Source: an uncultured Duodenibacillus sp. (GTDB taxonomy: Bacteria > Pseudomonadota > Gammaproteobacteria > Burkholderiales > Burkholderiaceae_F). Taken from it: DNA of 64,000 nucleotides. Both the position numbers and the translations under genes were made by a program. The stretch lies in contig CALXOY010000012.1 of NCBI GenBank assembly GCA_944390145.1, positions 55,764 to 119,763 on the forward strand, in the 5' to 3' direction. The stretch's first letter is position 1; every line of letters begins with the position of its first letter. Under the pieces are notes generated by a model. The model did not search any database, had not been told where the DNA came from, and saw nothing but the letters and a program-made list of their open reading frames with translations. Positions 44,924 through 55,301 of this stretch are shown piece by piece.

Positions 44924-44960
44924 GCAGTTATCCTAAATGGTGAAAAATGGAATGTTTAGG

Positions 44961-44993
44961 GCATGGTAATCCTCTGGATTTCCATGCTTTTTT
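44961..44993 (+). terminator. tRNA-Asn terminator
   Basis: GCATGG...CCATGC-TTTTTT. Confidence 0.65.
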
Positions 44994-45007
44994 CTTTATC
45001 CGCCGAA

Positions 45008-46916
45008 ATCGAGTAGGTGGTAGGTGATTATTTCACCTACCGACCTCTCACACCACCGCCCGTACCAATCTGGTAGGCACCCCTTGCGAGGTGTTTTACG
45101 GCGGTTTCCATAATTCAGTCCCCAAACCCGTTGACCCGTGTTAATCCGAGCCAACACCATCCATGGGTCTTCAGGAATTCGTTGTTCAGGGTTGTGGCCA
45201 AAATGTGGCTATTCGCAATGTGCCAATAGCTCTTACGCGTATTAGCCCACTGGTAAGCCTGCTCATGCGAGCATCCGAGTCGTCGGAGCGCCGCATACCT
45301 CGTCCTTACCCGTTTCCACGTCTTCCATAAGAGTTGCCGGATCCGTCGCCGGATCCATTCGTCGGTTTGCTTTGCCCACTTCTCGTACTTCGCGTATTTG
45401 AAGTACTCGCACCACCCCCTCAACTTCTTGCGGAGCTTCTCCTTCACGCCGTCGATGCTCATCTTCCGGTTTCGGGAGAGAACCTCTTTGAGCGCGTTCT
45501 TGAGTCTTGCCCTCGATTTTGGGTGCACGGTGGGAAAGAATCCGTCCTTGGTTTTATAGAAACCATGGCCGAGAAACTTCACACCGGCCGCGATGTAGCT
45601 CACGGTGGTTTTGGCCTCATTGACTTTGAGCTTCATGCGTCCCTCGATAAACCGAGTGATGCTTGTCAAAGTCCTCTGAGCCGCCCGCTTGGATTTGCAG
45701 AGGATCACAAGGTCGTCCGCGTATCTTGCGAAGCGGTGTCCGCGCCTTTCCAGCTCCTTGTCAAGTTCATCCAGGTAGATATTTGCAAGAAACGGCGACA
45801 ACGGACCGCCCTGCATAAGGCCAACGTCCGACTTCTCCACCTTTCCGTCCGCGGATACGCCCGACTTGAGTATTCGCGTGATGAGCGAGATGACCCGCCC
45901 GTCCTTGATCCTCGTTGATAGTTTCCGGATCAGCCGACTGTGGTCGACCGTGTCGAAGAACTTCTCGAGGTCCATGTCGACTGCCCAGACGTTGCCTTTG
46001 TCGGCTTCGCCCATGACCTTGAAGATCGCGTCATGTGCGCTTCTTGTCGGTCGAAAGCCGAAGCTTGACATCGAAAAGGTGCTGTCGTAGCTGTATGAAA
46101 GCTTTTGTGCAACGGCTTGTTGCACAAGACGGTCGATGACCGTCGGGATTCCAAGATTCCTGAATTTCCCCTTTTCTGGCTTAGGTATGGTTACCCGCTT
46201 CACGGGAGCGGGGCGATATGTCCCCGACAGAATCGCACTCGTCAGCTCGCCGGGGTGGTCGAAAATGTACTTCCGAATTTCTTCGGTCGTCATTCCGCCC
46301 ACGCCTGGAGCACCTTTGTTGGCCTCGACGCGCTTAAGCGCCAGGGTCAAATTCTCGCGACTCAGTATCGCCTCGAGTGTGATCTCCGTAAATGCGGATT
46401 GGTCTTGTGCGGTGTTCTCCATTTCCATCTCGGCCGTTTGCGCCCTCTTGAACCCTTCTCCCCATTCCGTGGGTACCAAGCTCAAGCAGGTTTCGTTAAG
46501 TTTTCTGCGCCATGCGACTTTGTGTCTACGGCACCGTACTCCTATGAATTCAGTCCTTCGGCAGGTACTGCCCTGCTTACTATGACCTCTGCTGACTACT
46601 CACGGCAAGCTTTACTCCGTGCGCCCTGTCGGGCACGCGTCCGTGAGTCCTCCCCGGGTAAGAACGTGTTCTTTCCCACCATGCACCTTCTGCATCTACA
46701 CCTCGGGTTCCGTGTAGCTTTGGGCTTCATCTTGTTATGCAGACTTACCCGCCTTCGTATGCCTAATGCGGTTCCTGTTCGTAAGGTCAGTGGTTTGTCT
46801 CCGGCTTCCTTCAGATTCCGCCTCGCGACGGACACCCTTGCCTTTGACTATGCGCTTGGTGCTACCTCCTGCGCTCGGGACTTTCACCCGTTAGAACACG
46901 CCCATGCCGGGCGAAC
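45008..46916 (-). mobile_element. Group II intron, class IIC (full length, about 1.9 kb)
   Basis: 5' end GTTCGCCCGGCATGGGCG; 3' end with DV (AACCGCCG...CGGTGGT), DVI with bulged A and ...CCTACTCGAT; EBS1 ACAA matches IBS1 TTGT; inserted right after a terminator hairpin; encodes an RT/maturase. Confidence 0.93.
45115..46485 (-). CDS. ltrA: Group II intron reverse transcriptase/maturase, no endonuclease domain
   Basis: NKGAPGV, RNLGIPTVIDRLVQQA, DLEKFFD, QGGPLSP and RYADD; domain X LRGWCEYF...WIRRRIR; start codon uncertain. Confidence 0.95.
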   Translation of the reverse strand: MSLVPTEWGEGFKRAQTAEMEMENTAQDQSAFTEITLEAILSRENLTLALKRVEANKGAPGVGGMTTEEIRKYIFDHPGELTSAILSGTYRPAPVKRVTIPKPEKGKFRNLGIPTVIDRLVQQAVAQKLSYSYDSTFSMSSFGFRPTRSAHDAIFKVMGEADKGNVWAVDMDLEKFFDTVDHSRLIRKLSTRIKDGRVISLITRILKSGVSADGKVEKSDVGLMQGGPLSPFLANIYLDELDKELERRGHRFARYADDLVILCKSKRAAQRTLTSITRFIEGRMKLKVNEAKTTVSYIAAGVKFLGHGFYKTKDGFFPTVHPKSRARLKNALKEVLSRNRKMSIDGVKEKLRKKLRGWCEYFKYAKYEKWAKQTDEWIRRRIRQLLWKTWKRVRTRYAALRRLGCSHEQAYQWANTRKSYWHIANSHILATTLNNEFLKTHGWCWLGLTRVNGFGD

Positions 46917-46918
46917 AC

Positions 46919-46958
46919 AAAAAACCGCGAATCCCTTGATTTACAGGTATTTCGCGGT
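46919..46958 (-). terminator. tRNA-Phe terminator (intron target hairpin)
   Basis: Minus strand ACCGCGAA...TTCGCGGT-TTTTT immediately before the intron 5' splice site. Confidence 0.8.
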
Positions 46959-46997
46959 CATTGGCGGTGCCTTACGAGGCTTAACGAAAATCGCTTT

Positions 46998-47073
<76 letters not shown>

Positions 47074-47289
47074 AACAGAGAAGCGGAACTATATAGGCAT
47101 TTTTTGATTTTTGCAAGGGGTCGGGCGAAATTTTTCTGCTTCTTAAGTTTTTCAAAACATTTCTAAAGCATAATCCGCGCTGTCTTAAGATTAACCAACG
47201 TCGTTGTCGGCCGTGCAGGCGCCTTTTGCCGGACAAGAAGCACAACACCGCATAAAAGGTCCGCACGGCTCGTGAATTCCTTCTACCCC

Positions 47290-48573
47290 ATGCAGCTGCT
47301 TTGCCTTGGCCTCAACCATAAAACCGCTCCGCTTGCCGTGCGTGAGCGGGTTGCGTTCGGCCCTGAAGAAACCGGAGAGACGGTTGCCGTCATCAAGGCC
47401 CGCCTCGCCTCCGCGGATGCGGGCGGCGTCACGGAAGCCATGATTCTGTCGACCTGCAACCGCACGGAAATCTACTGCGCGGCCATGGATGCAGCCCGCG
47501 CCACCGAGTCGCTTCTCGAGCTCATCGAAGAGCTCAAGGGCGTGCGCGCCGCCGAGCTGCAGCCCCACACCTACGTTTACGAGCAGTGCGAAGCCGCCCG
47601 TCACGTCTACCGCGTCGTTTCCGGCATCGACTCCATGGTGCTCGGTGAAACGCAGATCGTCGGCCAGTTCAAGAAGGCCGTGACGGCCGCCCGTGAGGCC
47701 AAGGGCCTCGGGCTCATGCTCAACCACCTCTTTCAGGACGCCTTCACCGTCGCCAAGGAAGTGCGCTCGAGCACCGCGATCGGCTCGAACTCGGTGAGTC
47801 TGGCTGCCGCCGCCGTGCGTCTGTCGCTGCGCCTTTTCGGCAATCTCTCCGAATCCAACGTTCTTTTTGTGGGCGCTGGCGAAATGATCGAACTGTGCGC
47901 GGCGCACTTCTCTGCGCAAAAACCCCGTTCGATCACGGTTGCCAACCGCTCGCTCGAGCGCGGCCAGAACCTTGCCGCCCGCTACAACGGCAAGGCGATG
48001 CGTCTGCAGGATCTGCCGCAGGTGATCAGCGACTTCGACATCATCGTCTCCTGCACGGCTTCGGCCCTGCCCATCATCGGGCTCGGCATGATTGAGCGCG
48101 CCGTCAAAGAGCGCCGCCACCGTCCGATCTGCATCGTCGACCTCGCCGTGCCGCGCGACGTCGAACCCGAGGTCTCCCGGCTTGACGACGTCTACGTCTA
48201 CAGCATGGACGAGCTCGGAGCCGTTGTGGAGTCCGGCAAGGAAAGCCGCAAGGCGGCCGTCGTCAAGGCCGAGGTGATCATCTCGATGCGCGTGCAGGCC
48301 TTTGAAAAGTGGCTTGAGATGCGCGCGGCCGTTCCTGCGATCGCCCGCATCCGCAGCCGTGCGGAAAAGGCGCGCGAGGAGCTCACCGAAAAAGCGTTGC
48401 GCCAGATCCGCAAGGGCATGGATCCGGCCGAGGTGCTCGACCTTTTCGGCAAGGCCTTCATGCACAAGCTGCTGCACGATCCCACGGTGCTGCTGCGCAA
48501 CGCCGAGGGGCTCACCAGCGAAGAGCGCGAGCACATGACGATGATCGTCGGGCACTTCTTCGGGCCCCGCTAA
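47290..48573 (+). CDS. hemA: Glutamyl-tRNA reductase
   Basis: [29 protein letters not shown] and DLAVPRDVE motifs. Confidence 0.97.
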   Translation: MQLLCLGLNHKTAPLAVRERVAFGPEETGETVAVIKARLASADAGGVTEAMILSTCNRTEIYCAAMDAARATESLLELIEELKGVRAAELQPHTYVYEQCEAARHVYRVVSGIDSMVLGETQIVGQFKKAVTAAREAKGLGLMLNHLFQDAFTVAKEVRSSTAIGSNSVSLAAAAVRLSLRLFGNLSESNVLFVGAGEMIELCAAHFSAQKPRSITVANRSLERGQNLAARYNGKAMRLQDLPQVISDFDIIVSCTASALPIIGLGMIERAVKERRHRPICIVDLAVPRDVEPEVSRLDDVYVYSMDELGAVVESGKESRKAAVVKAEVIISMRVQAFEKWLEMRAAVPAIARIRSRAEKAREELTEKALRQIRKGMDPAEVLDLFGKAFMHKLLHDPTVLLRNAEGLTSEEREHMTMIVGHFFGPR

Positions 48574-48691
48574 AGGCTCGAAAGGGCTTCTAAAACGGAC
48601 GCGTACAATTCCTGTCGCGTCCGCTGTTTTTTCTATTTTTTCCTTTTTTACAGCCCCCTCCGGTCGGGGCCGTGTTTTTTGTTGTTTTGTC

Positions 48692-49774
48692 ATGAAAGAG
48701 AACATCCGCGCAAAACTCCTCGGTTTGTGCCGCCGTCTTGAAGAACTTGATGCCATGCTCGCCGCACCTGATGCCGCCGACGACATGAAGCGCTTTACCG
48801 AGCTCTCGCGCGAGCGCGCCGAAATCGAGCCCGTTGTTCTCAAGACAAAGGAGTACGAGCGCACGCTCGAAGACATCGCCACGGCCGAGGAAATGGCCAA
48901 GGATCCGGATGCGGCCGACTTCGCCCGTGAAGAGATCCTGGCGGGCAAGAAAAAGCTCGAAGCGCTCGAGCAGGACCTGCAGGTGCTGCTGTTGCCGCGC
49001 GACCCCGACGACAACAAGAACACGTTCCTTGAAATCCGCGCCGGCACGGGTGGCGAAGAGTCCGCGCTTTTTGCCGGAGACCTGCTGCGCATGTACATGC
49101 GCTACGCCGAGCGCAGCGGCTGGAAGGTGGAGATTGTGAGCAAAAGCGAGTCCGACCTCGGCGGCTACCGCGAAGTCATCTGCCGCATCGTGGGCGAAGG
49201 CGCCTACAGCCGTCTGAAGTTTGAGTCGGGCGGCCACCGCGTGCAGCGCGTGCCGGAGACCGAAGCCCAGGGACGCGTGCACACCTCGGCCTGCACCGTG
49301 GCGGTGATGCCCGAGGCCGACGAAGTCGAAGCCGTCAAGATCAATCCGCAGGATCTGCGCATCGACGTCTACCGCGCCTCCGGCGCCGGCGGCCAGCACG
49401 TGCAGAAGACCGACTCGGCCGTGCGCATCACCCACCTGCCCACGGGGCTTGTCGTCGAGTGCCAGGACGAACGCAGCCAGCGCCAGAACAAGGAGCGCGC
49501 CATGAGCGTGCTCGCAAGCCGCCTGTACGCGATGGAGGTCGAAAAGCGCCGCAGCGAGGAGGCAAGCACCCGCAAGAGTCTCATCGGCAGCGGCGACCGC
49601 AGCGAACGCATCCGCACCTACAACTACCCGCAGGGGCGCGTGACGGATCACCGCATCAACCTCACGCTCTACAAGCTCGGCGCCATCATGGACGGCGACC
49701 TCGACGAAATCCTCACGGCGCTGCAAAACGAGCACCGCGCCGAGCTGCTTGCCTCCATGGGAGAGGCTGCTTGA
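48692..49774 (+). CDS. prfA: Peptide chain release factor 1
   Basis: PET motif (RVPETE), GAGGQHV and RIRTYNYPQ. Confidence 0.98.
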   Translation: MKENIRAKLLGLCRRLEELDAMLAAPDAADDMKRFTELSRERAEIEPVVLKTKEYERTLEDIATAEEMAKDPDAADFAREEILAGKKKLEALEQDLQVLLLPRDPDDNKNTFLEIRAGTGGEESALFAGDLLRMYMRYAERSGWKVEIVSKSESDLGGYREVICRIVGEGAYSRLKFESGGHRVQRVPETEAQGRVHTSACTVAVMPEADEVEAVKINPQDLRIDVYRASGAGGQHVQKTDSAVRITHLPTGLVVECQDERSQRQNKERAMSVLASRLYAMEVEKRRSEEASTRKSLIGSGDRSERIRTYNYPQGRVTDHRINLTLYKLGAIMDGDLDEILTALQNEHRAELLASMGEAA

Positions 49775-50586
49775 GCACAATCGCCGAAAGCCTGCGCCTC
49801 GTGCAGGGCGCCGTCAGCCGGCCGGAAGCCCGCCTGCTGCTTGCCTTTGCCCTTGGCAAGCCCAAGGAATTTTTGATTGCGCACCCCGAAGCGGAGGTTT
49901 CCGGCGCTGCGCTTGAGGTTTTCGCGCGCGCCGCGGCGCAGGCCCGCGCGGGCGTTCCCATCCCCTACATCACGGGCGTGCAGGAGTTCTGGGGGCGGCC
50001 CTTCAAGGTGACGCCCGACACCCTGATTCCGCGGCCCGACACCGAAACGCTCATTGAAGAGGCGCTTGCCATCCTCAAGGACAAGCCCACAAGCCGCGTG
50101 CTTGACCTCGGCACCGGCAGCGGCTGCATTGCCGTCACGCTTGCGCTCGAGTACCCCGCAGCCCGCGTCTGCGCCTGCGACGTGAGCCCCGCGGCCCTGG
50201 CTGTCGCCCAAGACAACGCCGCGCATCTTGGCGCAGCGGTGGATTTTGTGGAAAGCAACTGGTTTTCAGCCTTTGCGGGGCGCACGTTTGACCTCATCGT
50301 CTCCAATCCCCCCTACATTGAGGAGGGCGACGCGCATCTTGCAGCGCTGGCACACGAACCGATTTCGGCACTCACTTCCGGCGCCGACGGCTTAAACGAC
50401 ATCCGCATCCTTGCCCGGGACGCCGGCATCCATCTAGCCCCCGGCGGCTTTATCCTCGTGGAGCACGGCTACAATCAGGGCGAATCTGCTGCAAACATCT
50501 TCCGGTCGGCGGGCTTTTCCGAGGTGCACACCGTGCACGACCTCGGCGGCAATCCGCGGGTTTGCGCCGCAAGGCGCCTGCCCTGA
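49771..50586 (+). CDS. prmC: Release factor glutamine methyltransferase
   Basis: [19 protein letters not shown] and SNPPY; TTG start overlapping the prfA stop. Confidence 0.95.
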   Translation: MSTIAESLRLVQGAVSRPEARLLLAFALGKPKEFLIAHPEAEVSGAALEVFARAAAQARAGVPIPYITGVQEFWGRPFKVTPDTLIPRPDTETLIEEALAILKDKPTSRVLDLGTGSGCIAVTLALEYPAARVCACDVSPAALAVAQDNAAHLGAAVDFVESNWFSAFAGRTFDLIVSNPPYIEEGDAHLAALAHEPISALTSGADGLNDIRILARDAGIHLAPGGFILVEHGYNQGESAANIFRSAGFSEVHTVHDLGGNPRVCAARRLP

Positions 50587-50626
50587 GAAAAGCGCCCGCG
50601 CCCGGGTTTTTCAAGAGGGACTCCCC

Positions 50627-51268
50627 ATGGACATTTTGAAGCTTCTGCAAACCCGCCACACCACCAAGAAGTACGAAGCAGGCCGCCGCATCAGCGACGA
50701 AGACCTTCACATCCTGCTTGAGTCCCTGCGGCTTGCCCCCTCCTCGGTCAATTCCCAGCCCTGGGAGTTTTTCATTGCCTCAACCAAGGAGGCCAAGGAC
50801 CGGCTGATGCCGGGCATCGCCGACTTCAACCGCCCGCGCGTCGAGGCCGCCGACCGTTTGATTGTGTGCGCAGCCCGCACCGAAATTGACGAGGACTATC
50901 TGCAGGCCCTCGACGACCAGGAGGAGGCCGACGGCCGCTACAAGGATCCGGCCTTTAAAAAGGAAAACGGCGAGCGCCGCCGCTTTTTCATCGGCAAGTA
51001 CCGCGACGCCGGCGAACTGCCCGCCTGGGCGGGCAAGCAGGCCTATCTCGCGCAGGGCTTTCTGCTTTACACCGCCGCGCTGTTGGGCATCAGCTCCACG
51101 CCGATTGAAGGGTGGGACGCCGACAAGATTGACGAAATCCTCGGCCTGCGTGAAAAGGGCCTGCACGCCCAGTATGCGGTGGCGCTGGGCTTCGGGGCGG
51201 CCGACGACAGCAATGCGGCGCGCCCGAAGTCCCGCTGGCCCGCTGGGCGCATCTTCCACACGCTTTAA
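50627..51268 (+). CDS. nfsB: Oxygen-insensitive NAD(P)H nitroreductase (NfsB family)
   Basis: RHTTKKY, APSSVNSQPWEF, STPIEG and PKSR motifs. Confidence 0.85.
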   Translation: MDILKLLQTRHTTKKYEAGRRISDEDLHILLESLRLAPSSVNSQPWEFFIASTKEAKDRLMPGIADFNRPRVEAADRLIVCAARTEIDEDYLQALDDQEEADGRYKDPAFKKENGERRRFFIGKYRDAGELPAWAGKQAYLAQGFLLYTAALLGISSTPIEGWDADKIDEILGLREKGLHAQYAVALGFGAADDSNAARPKSRWPAGRIFHTL

Positions 51269-51312
51269 AGCGCTGCGGCGCAAAGCGGATTGCAAACCCG
51301 AAAGAGACATCC

Positions 51313-52053
51313 ATGGACATTCGAGAACTCACCGCCAGGCTTGACGCCATCCTCAACCCGTCGGCCTACAAGGACTACGCTCCCAACGGACTGCAGGTGC
51401 AGGGCGCGCGCGACGTCAAGCGCATCGCCACGGGCGTCACCGCCTCGCTTGCACTGATTGAAGAGGCCGCCGCCTGGGGTGCCGACGCCCTGCTTGTGCA
51501 TCACGGCTGGTTCTGGCGGGGTGAAGACGCCCGCATCACCGGCATGCGCTACGGGCGCATCCGCCGCTTGATCGAAAGCGGGATGCATCTGATCGCCTAT
51601 CACCTGCCGCTCGACGACAACGCGGAGCTCGGCAACAACGTGCTCCTGGGAAAGGCGCTGGGGCTAGCCGCCGACCGGCGCTTTGGCGAATTCGGGCTCT
51701 CCGCGGCGCTTAAGGCCCCCGTTGGCGTGGAGCAGTTGAGCGAAACGCTCGAGGCGCTTTTAAAGCGCAAGCCCCTGGTGCTCGGTCGGACTGACAGGGC
51801 GATTTCCCGCATCGGCTGGTGCACGGGCGCCGCGCAGGACATGCTCGAAGAAGCGGCGGCCGCCGGCTGCGACGCCTTCATTTCGGGCGAAGTGAGCGAG
51901 CGCACCTTCCACGAGGCTTGTGAACTTGGAATCACTTATTTTGGCTGCGGACACCACGCCACTGAGCGCTTCGGCATCCGGGCGCTTGGCCAATGGCTTG
52001 CCGCGGAAACGGGCTTGGAAGTCCGCTTCATCGACATTGAAAACCCCGTGTAG
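51313..52053 (+). CDS. ybgI: Nif3/YbgI (DUF34) dinuclear metal protein
   Basis: DYAPNGLQV, VHHG, YHLPLD and GHHATERFG motifs. Confidence 0.92.
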   Translation: MDIRELTARLDAILNPSAYKDYAPNGLQVQGARDVKRIATGVTASLALIEEAAAWGADALLVHHGWFWRGEDARITGMRYGRIRRLIESGMHLIAYHLPLDDNAELGNNVLLGKALGLAADRRFGEFGLSAALKAPVGVEQLSETLEALLKRKPLVLGRTDRAISRIGWCTGAAQDMLEEAAAAGCDAFISGEVSERTFHEACELGITYFGCGHHATERFGIRALGQWLAAETGLEVRFIDIENPV

Positions 52054-52085
52054 GGAATCTGCCCCCGGAGGCCTTCAAACCGCCG

Positions 52086-52574
52086 TCAGGATTTTCTGGC
52101 GGCGTTTTCTTTGAGCAGGTCGCGGATTTCACGCAAAAGGGCGATGTCCTCGGGCGTCGGGGCGGGCTTTGCTGCTGCCGCCGCCTCTTCCTCCTTTTCC
52201 CTGGCCTTGGCAAGGCTCTCCAGACGGGCGCGCAGGCCGCTCACCACCTTGATGAGCCAGAAGATCACAAACGCCAGAAGCAGAAAGTGCACCACGGCCG
52301 TAAGAAAGGCGCCGTAGCCCAACACCGTGGCGCCGGCGGAGGTGAGCGCCTCATAGGTGCGCGGCCCCGTGTAGCCGGCCGGCTCCGAGAGCACCAGAAA
52401 AAGCCCCGTGAAGTCGGGCTTGCCAACCAAAAAGCCGAGCAGCGGATTGATGACGTCTTTCACAAGGCTGTTGACGATGGCCGAAAAGGCTGCGCCGATG
52501 ATCACGGCCACGGCCAGATCCATGACGTTGCCGCGGGAAATGAACGCCTGGAATTCCTGCAGGAATTTGCGCAT
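52086..52574 (-). CDS. mscL: Large-conductance mechanosensitive channel
   Basis: EFQAFISRGNVMDLAVAVIIGAAF ... LLREIRDLLK. Confidence 0.96.
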   Translation of the reverse strand: MRKFLQEFQAFISRGNVMDLAVAVIIGAAFSAIVNSLVKDVINPLLGFLVGKPDFTGLFLVLSEPAGYTGPRTYEALTSAGATVLGYGAFLTAVVHFLLLAFVIFWLIKVVSGLRARLESLAKAREKEEEAAAAAKPAPTPEDIALLREIRDLLKENAARKS

Positions 52575-52622
52575 GAAACGGTCTCCGGAAGATGGGCTGG
52601 ATTTTGGTGATTTTCGCTTTGA

Positions 52623-52635
52623 AATCAATGGGTTA
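52623..52635 (+). promoter_or_regulatory. Putative IHF binding site
   Basis: AATCAA-TGGG-TTA matches WATCAANNNNTTR in the mscL/sspA divergent region. Confidence 0.4.
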
Positions 52636-52753
52636 GCGTGAATTTTGAGCGAAAAGCCAGTGATTTCGATAAAATGTGTGTTCTTTTGTTTGTCGGCGCG
52701 CTTTGCGGTTTTGGATTCGGGCGCGCATCTTTGACTAGCGGGTTTTATATCAT

Positions 52754-53359
52754 ATGATGGTTTTGTACTCGGGCGCCACCTGCCCTTTTTCTCATCGTTG
52801 CCGTTTCGTTCTGCATGAAAAGAGCGGTGACTTCGAAGTTATTGACGTCGATCCGGCCAACCCTCCTGCCGAAATCACCAAGCTCAACCCCTACGGCGAA
52901 CTTCCCATCCTGATCGAGCGTGATCTGACGCTTTATCAGTCCACAATCATCAACGAATACATCGACGAGCGCTTCCCGCATCCGCAGCTCATGCCTGCCG
53001 ATCCGATCATGCGCGCCCGTGCGCGTCTGTTCATCTACACCTTCGAGCGCGAGCTCTTCAGCTTTGTGCGCCTGCTCGAAAAGCGCGACGCCGATGAACG
53101 GCGCAAGATGATCGCCCGCGCCCAGATCCGCGAGCAGCTCATCCAGCTCTCGCCCATCCTCTCGAAGAACAAGTATCTGATGGGCGACGAGTTCACCATG
53201 CTTGACATCACGCTTGCGCCGCTGCTGTGGCGTCTGGGCCTGTACGGCATCGACCTGCCGAGCTCGGCCGCGCCGCTGCTGAAGTACGCCGAAACGGTGT
53301 TCTCCCGCAACTCCTTCATCGATTCGATGACGCCCTCTGAAAAGGTGATGCGTCGTTGA
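52754..53359 (+). CDS. sspA: Stringent starvation protein A (GST fold)
   Basis: MMVLYSG..CPFSHR, NPYG, INEYIDERFPHPQLMP and TPSEKVMRR. Confidence 0.95.
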   Translation: MMVLYSGATCPFSHRCRFVLHEKSGDFEVIDVDPANPPAEITKLNPYGELPILIERDLTLYQSTIINEYIDERFPHPQLMPADPIMRARARLFIYTFERELFSFVRLLEKRDADERRKMIARAQIREQLIQLSPILSKNKYLMGDEFTMLDITLAPLLWRLGLYGIDLPSSAAPLLKYAETVFSRNSFIDSMTPSEKVMRR

Positions 53360-53379
53360 TTCTTTTTGAGGATTAAACA

Positions 53380-53790
53380 ATGAACAACAGAACCGTTGTC
53401 ATGCCTTTGCAGTGCGAGGACTTCCGCCCCTACCTGATCGAGGCCATCGTCAACTGGTGTGAAGGCCGCGGACAGACGCCCTACATGCTCGTAGAGATAG
53501 ACGACGCATGCAGCGTGCCGCGGCATCTGGCAAATCCGGACAACACGATGGTGTTCTGCGTTTCCGAAGAGGCCGTCAATCAATTCGTCATCGACGACGA
53601 TGCGATCACCTTCCAGGCCCGCTTCGGCGAAAGCATCAGCAACATCTACATTCCGATCAACCGCGTGGCCGCCGTCTACCCCAAGGAGGACACCAATCTG
53701 GTGACCTACTTCCCGGTAACGAAGACCCCGAGCAGTGCATCGCGCTCAAAGGATGCCCCGCCCGACATGCCGGTCTTTACGAAAGTCTAG
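53380..53790 (+). CDS. sspB: ClpXP adaptor SspB
   Basis: RPYLIEA..NWC....TPY and FQARFG motifs; follows sspA. Confidence 0.88.
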   Translation: MNNRTVVMPLQCEDFRPYLIEAIVNWCEGRGQTPYMLVEIDDACSVPRHLANPDNTMVFCVSEEAVNQFVIDDDAITFQARFGESISNIYIPINRVAAVYPKEDTNLVTYFPVTKTPSSASRSKDAPPDMPVFTKV

Positions 53791-53817
53791 GACTTGTCTG
53801 TATAATCCGCTTTCCCT

Positions 53818-53893
53818 GCCTCAATAGCTCAGTTGGTAGAGCAACCGCCTTGTAAGCGGTAGGTCGTCTGTTCGAGTCAGACTTGGGGCACCA
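53818..53893 (+). tRNA. tRNA-Thr(TGT)
   Basis: GCCTCAA...anticodon loop CTTGTAA...TTCGAG...TTGGGGC-A-CCA, 76 nt. Confidence 0.95.
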
Positions 53894-53901
53894 GCATTCT
53901 C

Positions 53902-53937
53902 AAAAGCGCATGGTTTGCTCCGTGCGCTTTTTCTTTT
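53902..53937 (+). terminator. tRNA-Thr terminator
   Basis: AAAAGCGCATGG...CCGTGCGCTTTTT. Confidence 0.7.
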
Positions 53938-54012
53938 GGCCAGCATCAGAGCGTTTAGTCGATTGAACAAAAATGCCATAAAACTGTTCAACAGATTGAA
54001 CAAGATGTGACG

Positions 54013-55301
54013 ATGATTTCTACCGAAATTCTCCGTCAGGTGCTGGCCGACAACCGCATCCTGGTCTCGCAAAAGAAGATTTTCCCCCGCGACATCAAGA
54101 TGGGAGAGTTTCCCCGCTGCGTCTTGGTGGGCGTCAGACGCTCAGGCAAGTCCTACTTGCTCTTTGACAAAATTCAAAAATTATTGGCGTCAGGCCGCAG
54201 CTGGGACAGCATTCTGTACATCAATTTTGAAGACGAGCGGCTGATGGGCTTTGATGCAGCCGACTTCAACAAACTCCTTGAAGTTCAGGCTGAACTGTCC
54301 GGCAAAGATGCTTTGCCGGCTTTGTTGAGATTCAGCTCATTGACGGCTGGGAGAAGTTTGCGCGCCGCATGGCCGACGCACAGACCGAAATCTACATCGC
54401 CGGATCCGACGCAAAGATGCAGAGCGTTCAGGTTGCTGCAGCGCTGGGCAGCCGGTTCTTCACCGTCAACGTTTTCCCGCTGAACTTTTCCGAGTACTTG
54501 AGAGCAAAAGGCATTGAGGTTCATGCGGAAACGTTGGCCTCGACGACAGGCAAAGCCCGCATTCGGCGCGAGTTCTCCGAATTTTTGAAATTTGGGGGCC
54601 TGCCTGAATGTGCGCAGCTCCCAAACAAGCTGGAGTGCATAAACAGCGTCTTCCAAAAAATCTACCTGGGCGACATCATCGTTCGAAACAAGGTGACAAA
54701 CGCCCTGCCCTTGCGGATTCTTCTGAAGAAAGTGGCCGAGAGCATCGGGCAGCCGGTTTCGTTCACGCGGCTGACGAATCTCATTCAATCGACCGGCATA
54801 AAGCTTTCCAAGAACACGTGCATCAGCTACTTGCAATATGTCTGCGAATCGTGTCTGGTGCTGCCGATCTCCAATATCGTCGGCAAGCTGCAGGATCGAG
54901 AAAGCAATCCAAAGTACTACTTCGTGGACAACGGCTTCATTCGCTTGCTCAAGACGGATCCCAAGGCCGACCAATTGGAAAACCTGGTTGCATTGCACTT
55001 GCTCAGGCTTTACGGCTTCAACGACCGCGTCTTTTTCTATCGCCGCGACAGCGAGGTGGATTTCTACCTGCCGGAAAAGGAAACAGCCATACAGGTCTGC
55101 GTCAATCTCGGCACGGATCCGAAGACTCTGGCTCGCGAGGTCGACGCCCTAGAAAAGATGTCAAAAGAGATGTCCGTGAAGCGGTGTGTGATTGTCACGA
55201 TGGACGAGGAGCGCACGTTGAAAGCAAACGGCCTTGCCATCGAGGTGGTGCCCGCCTGGAAGTGGCTGCTCACAGAAGACGGCAGCGGTCTTCTTCCGTA
55301 A
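54013..55301 (+). pseudogene. AAA_14 ATPase + DUF4143 protein, frameshifted near 54325
   Basis: Frame 1 has GVRRSGKS (Walker A) and YINFEDERL; frame 2 resumes EIQLIDGWEKFARR...GGLPE...KYYFVDNG...EVDF...IQV; the Walker B (F)LD residues are missing at the junction. Confidence 0.8.

Noticed and set aside
45115-46485. RT as a retron, DGR or Abi-type defence RT
   Set aside because: Flanking DI-DVI ribozyme features, YADD and domain X identify a group II intron maturase
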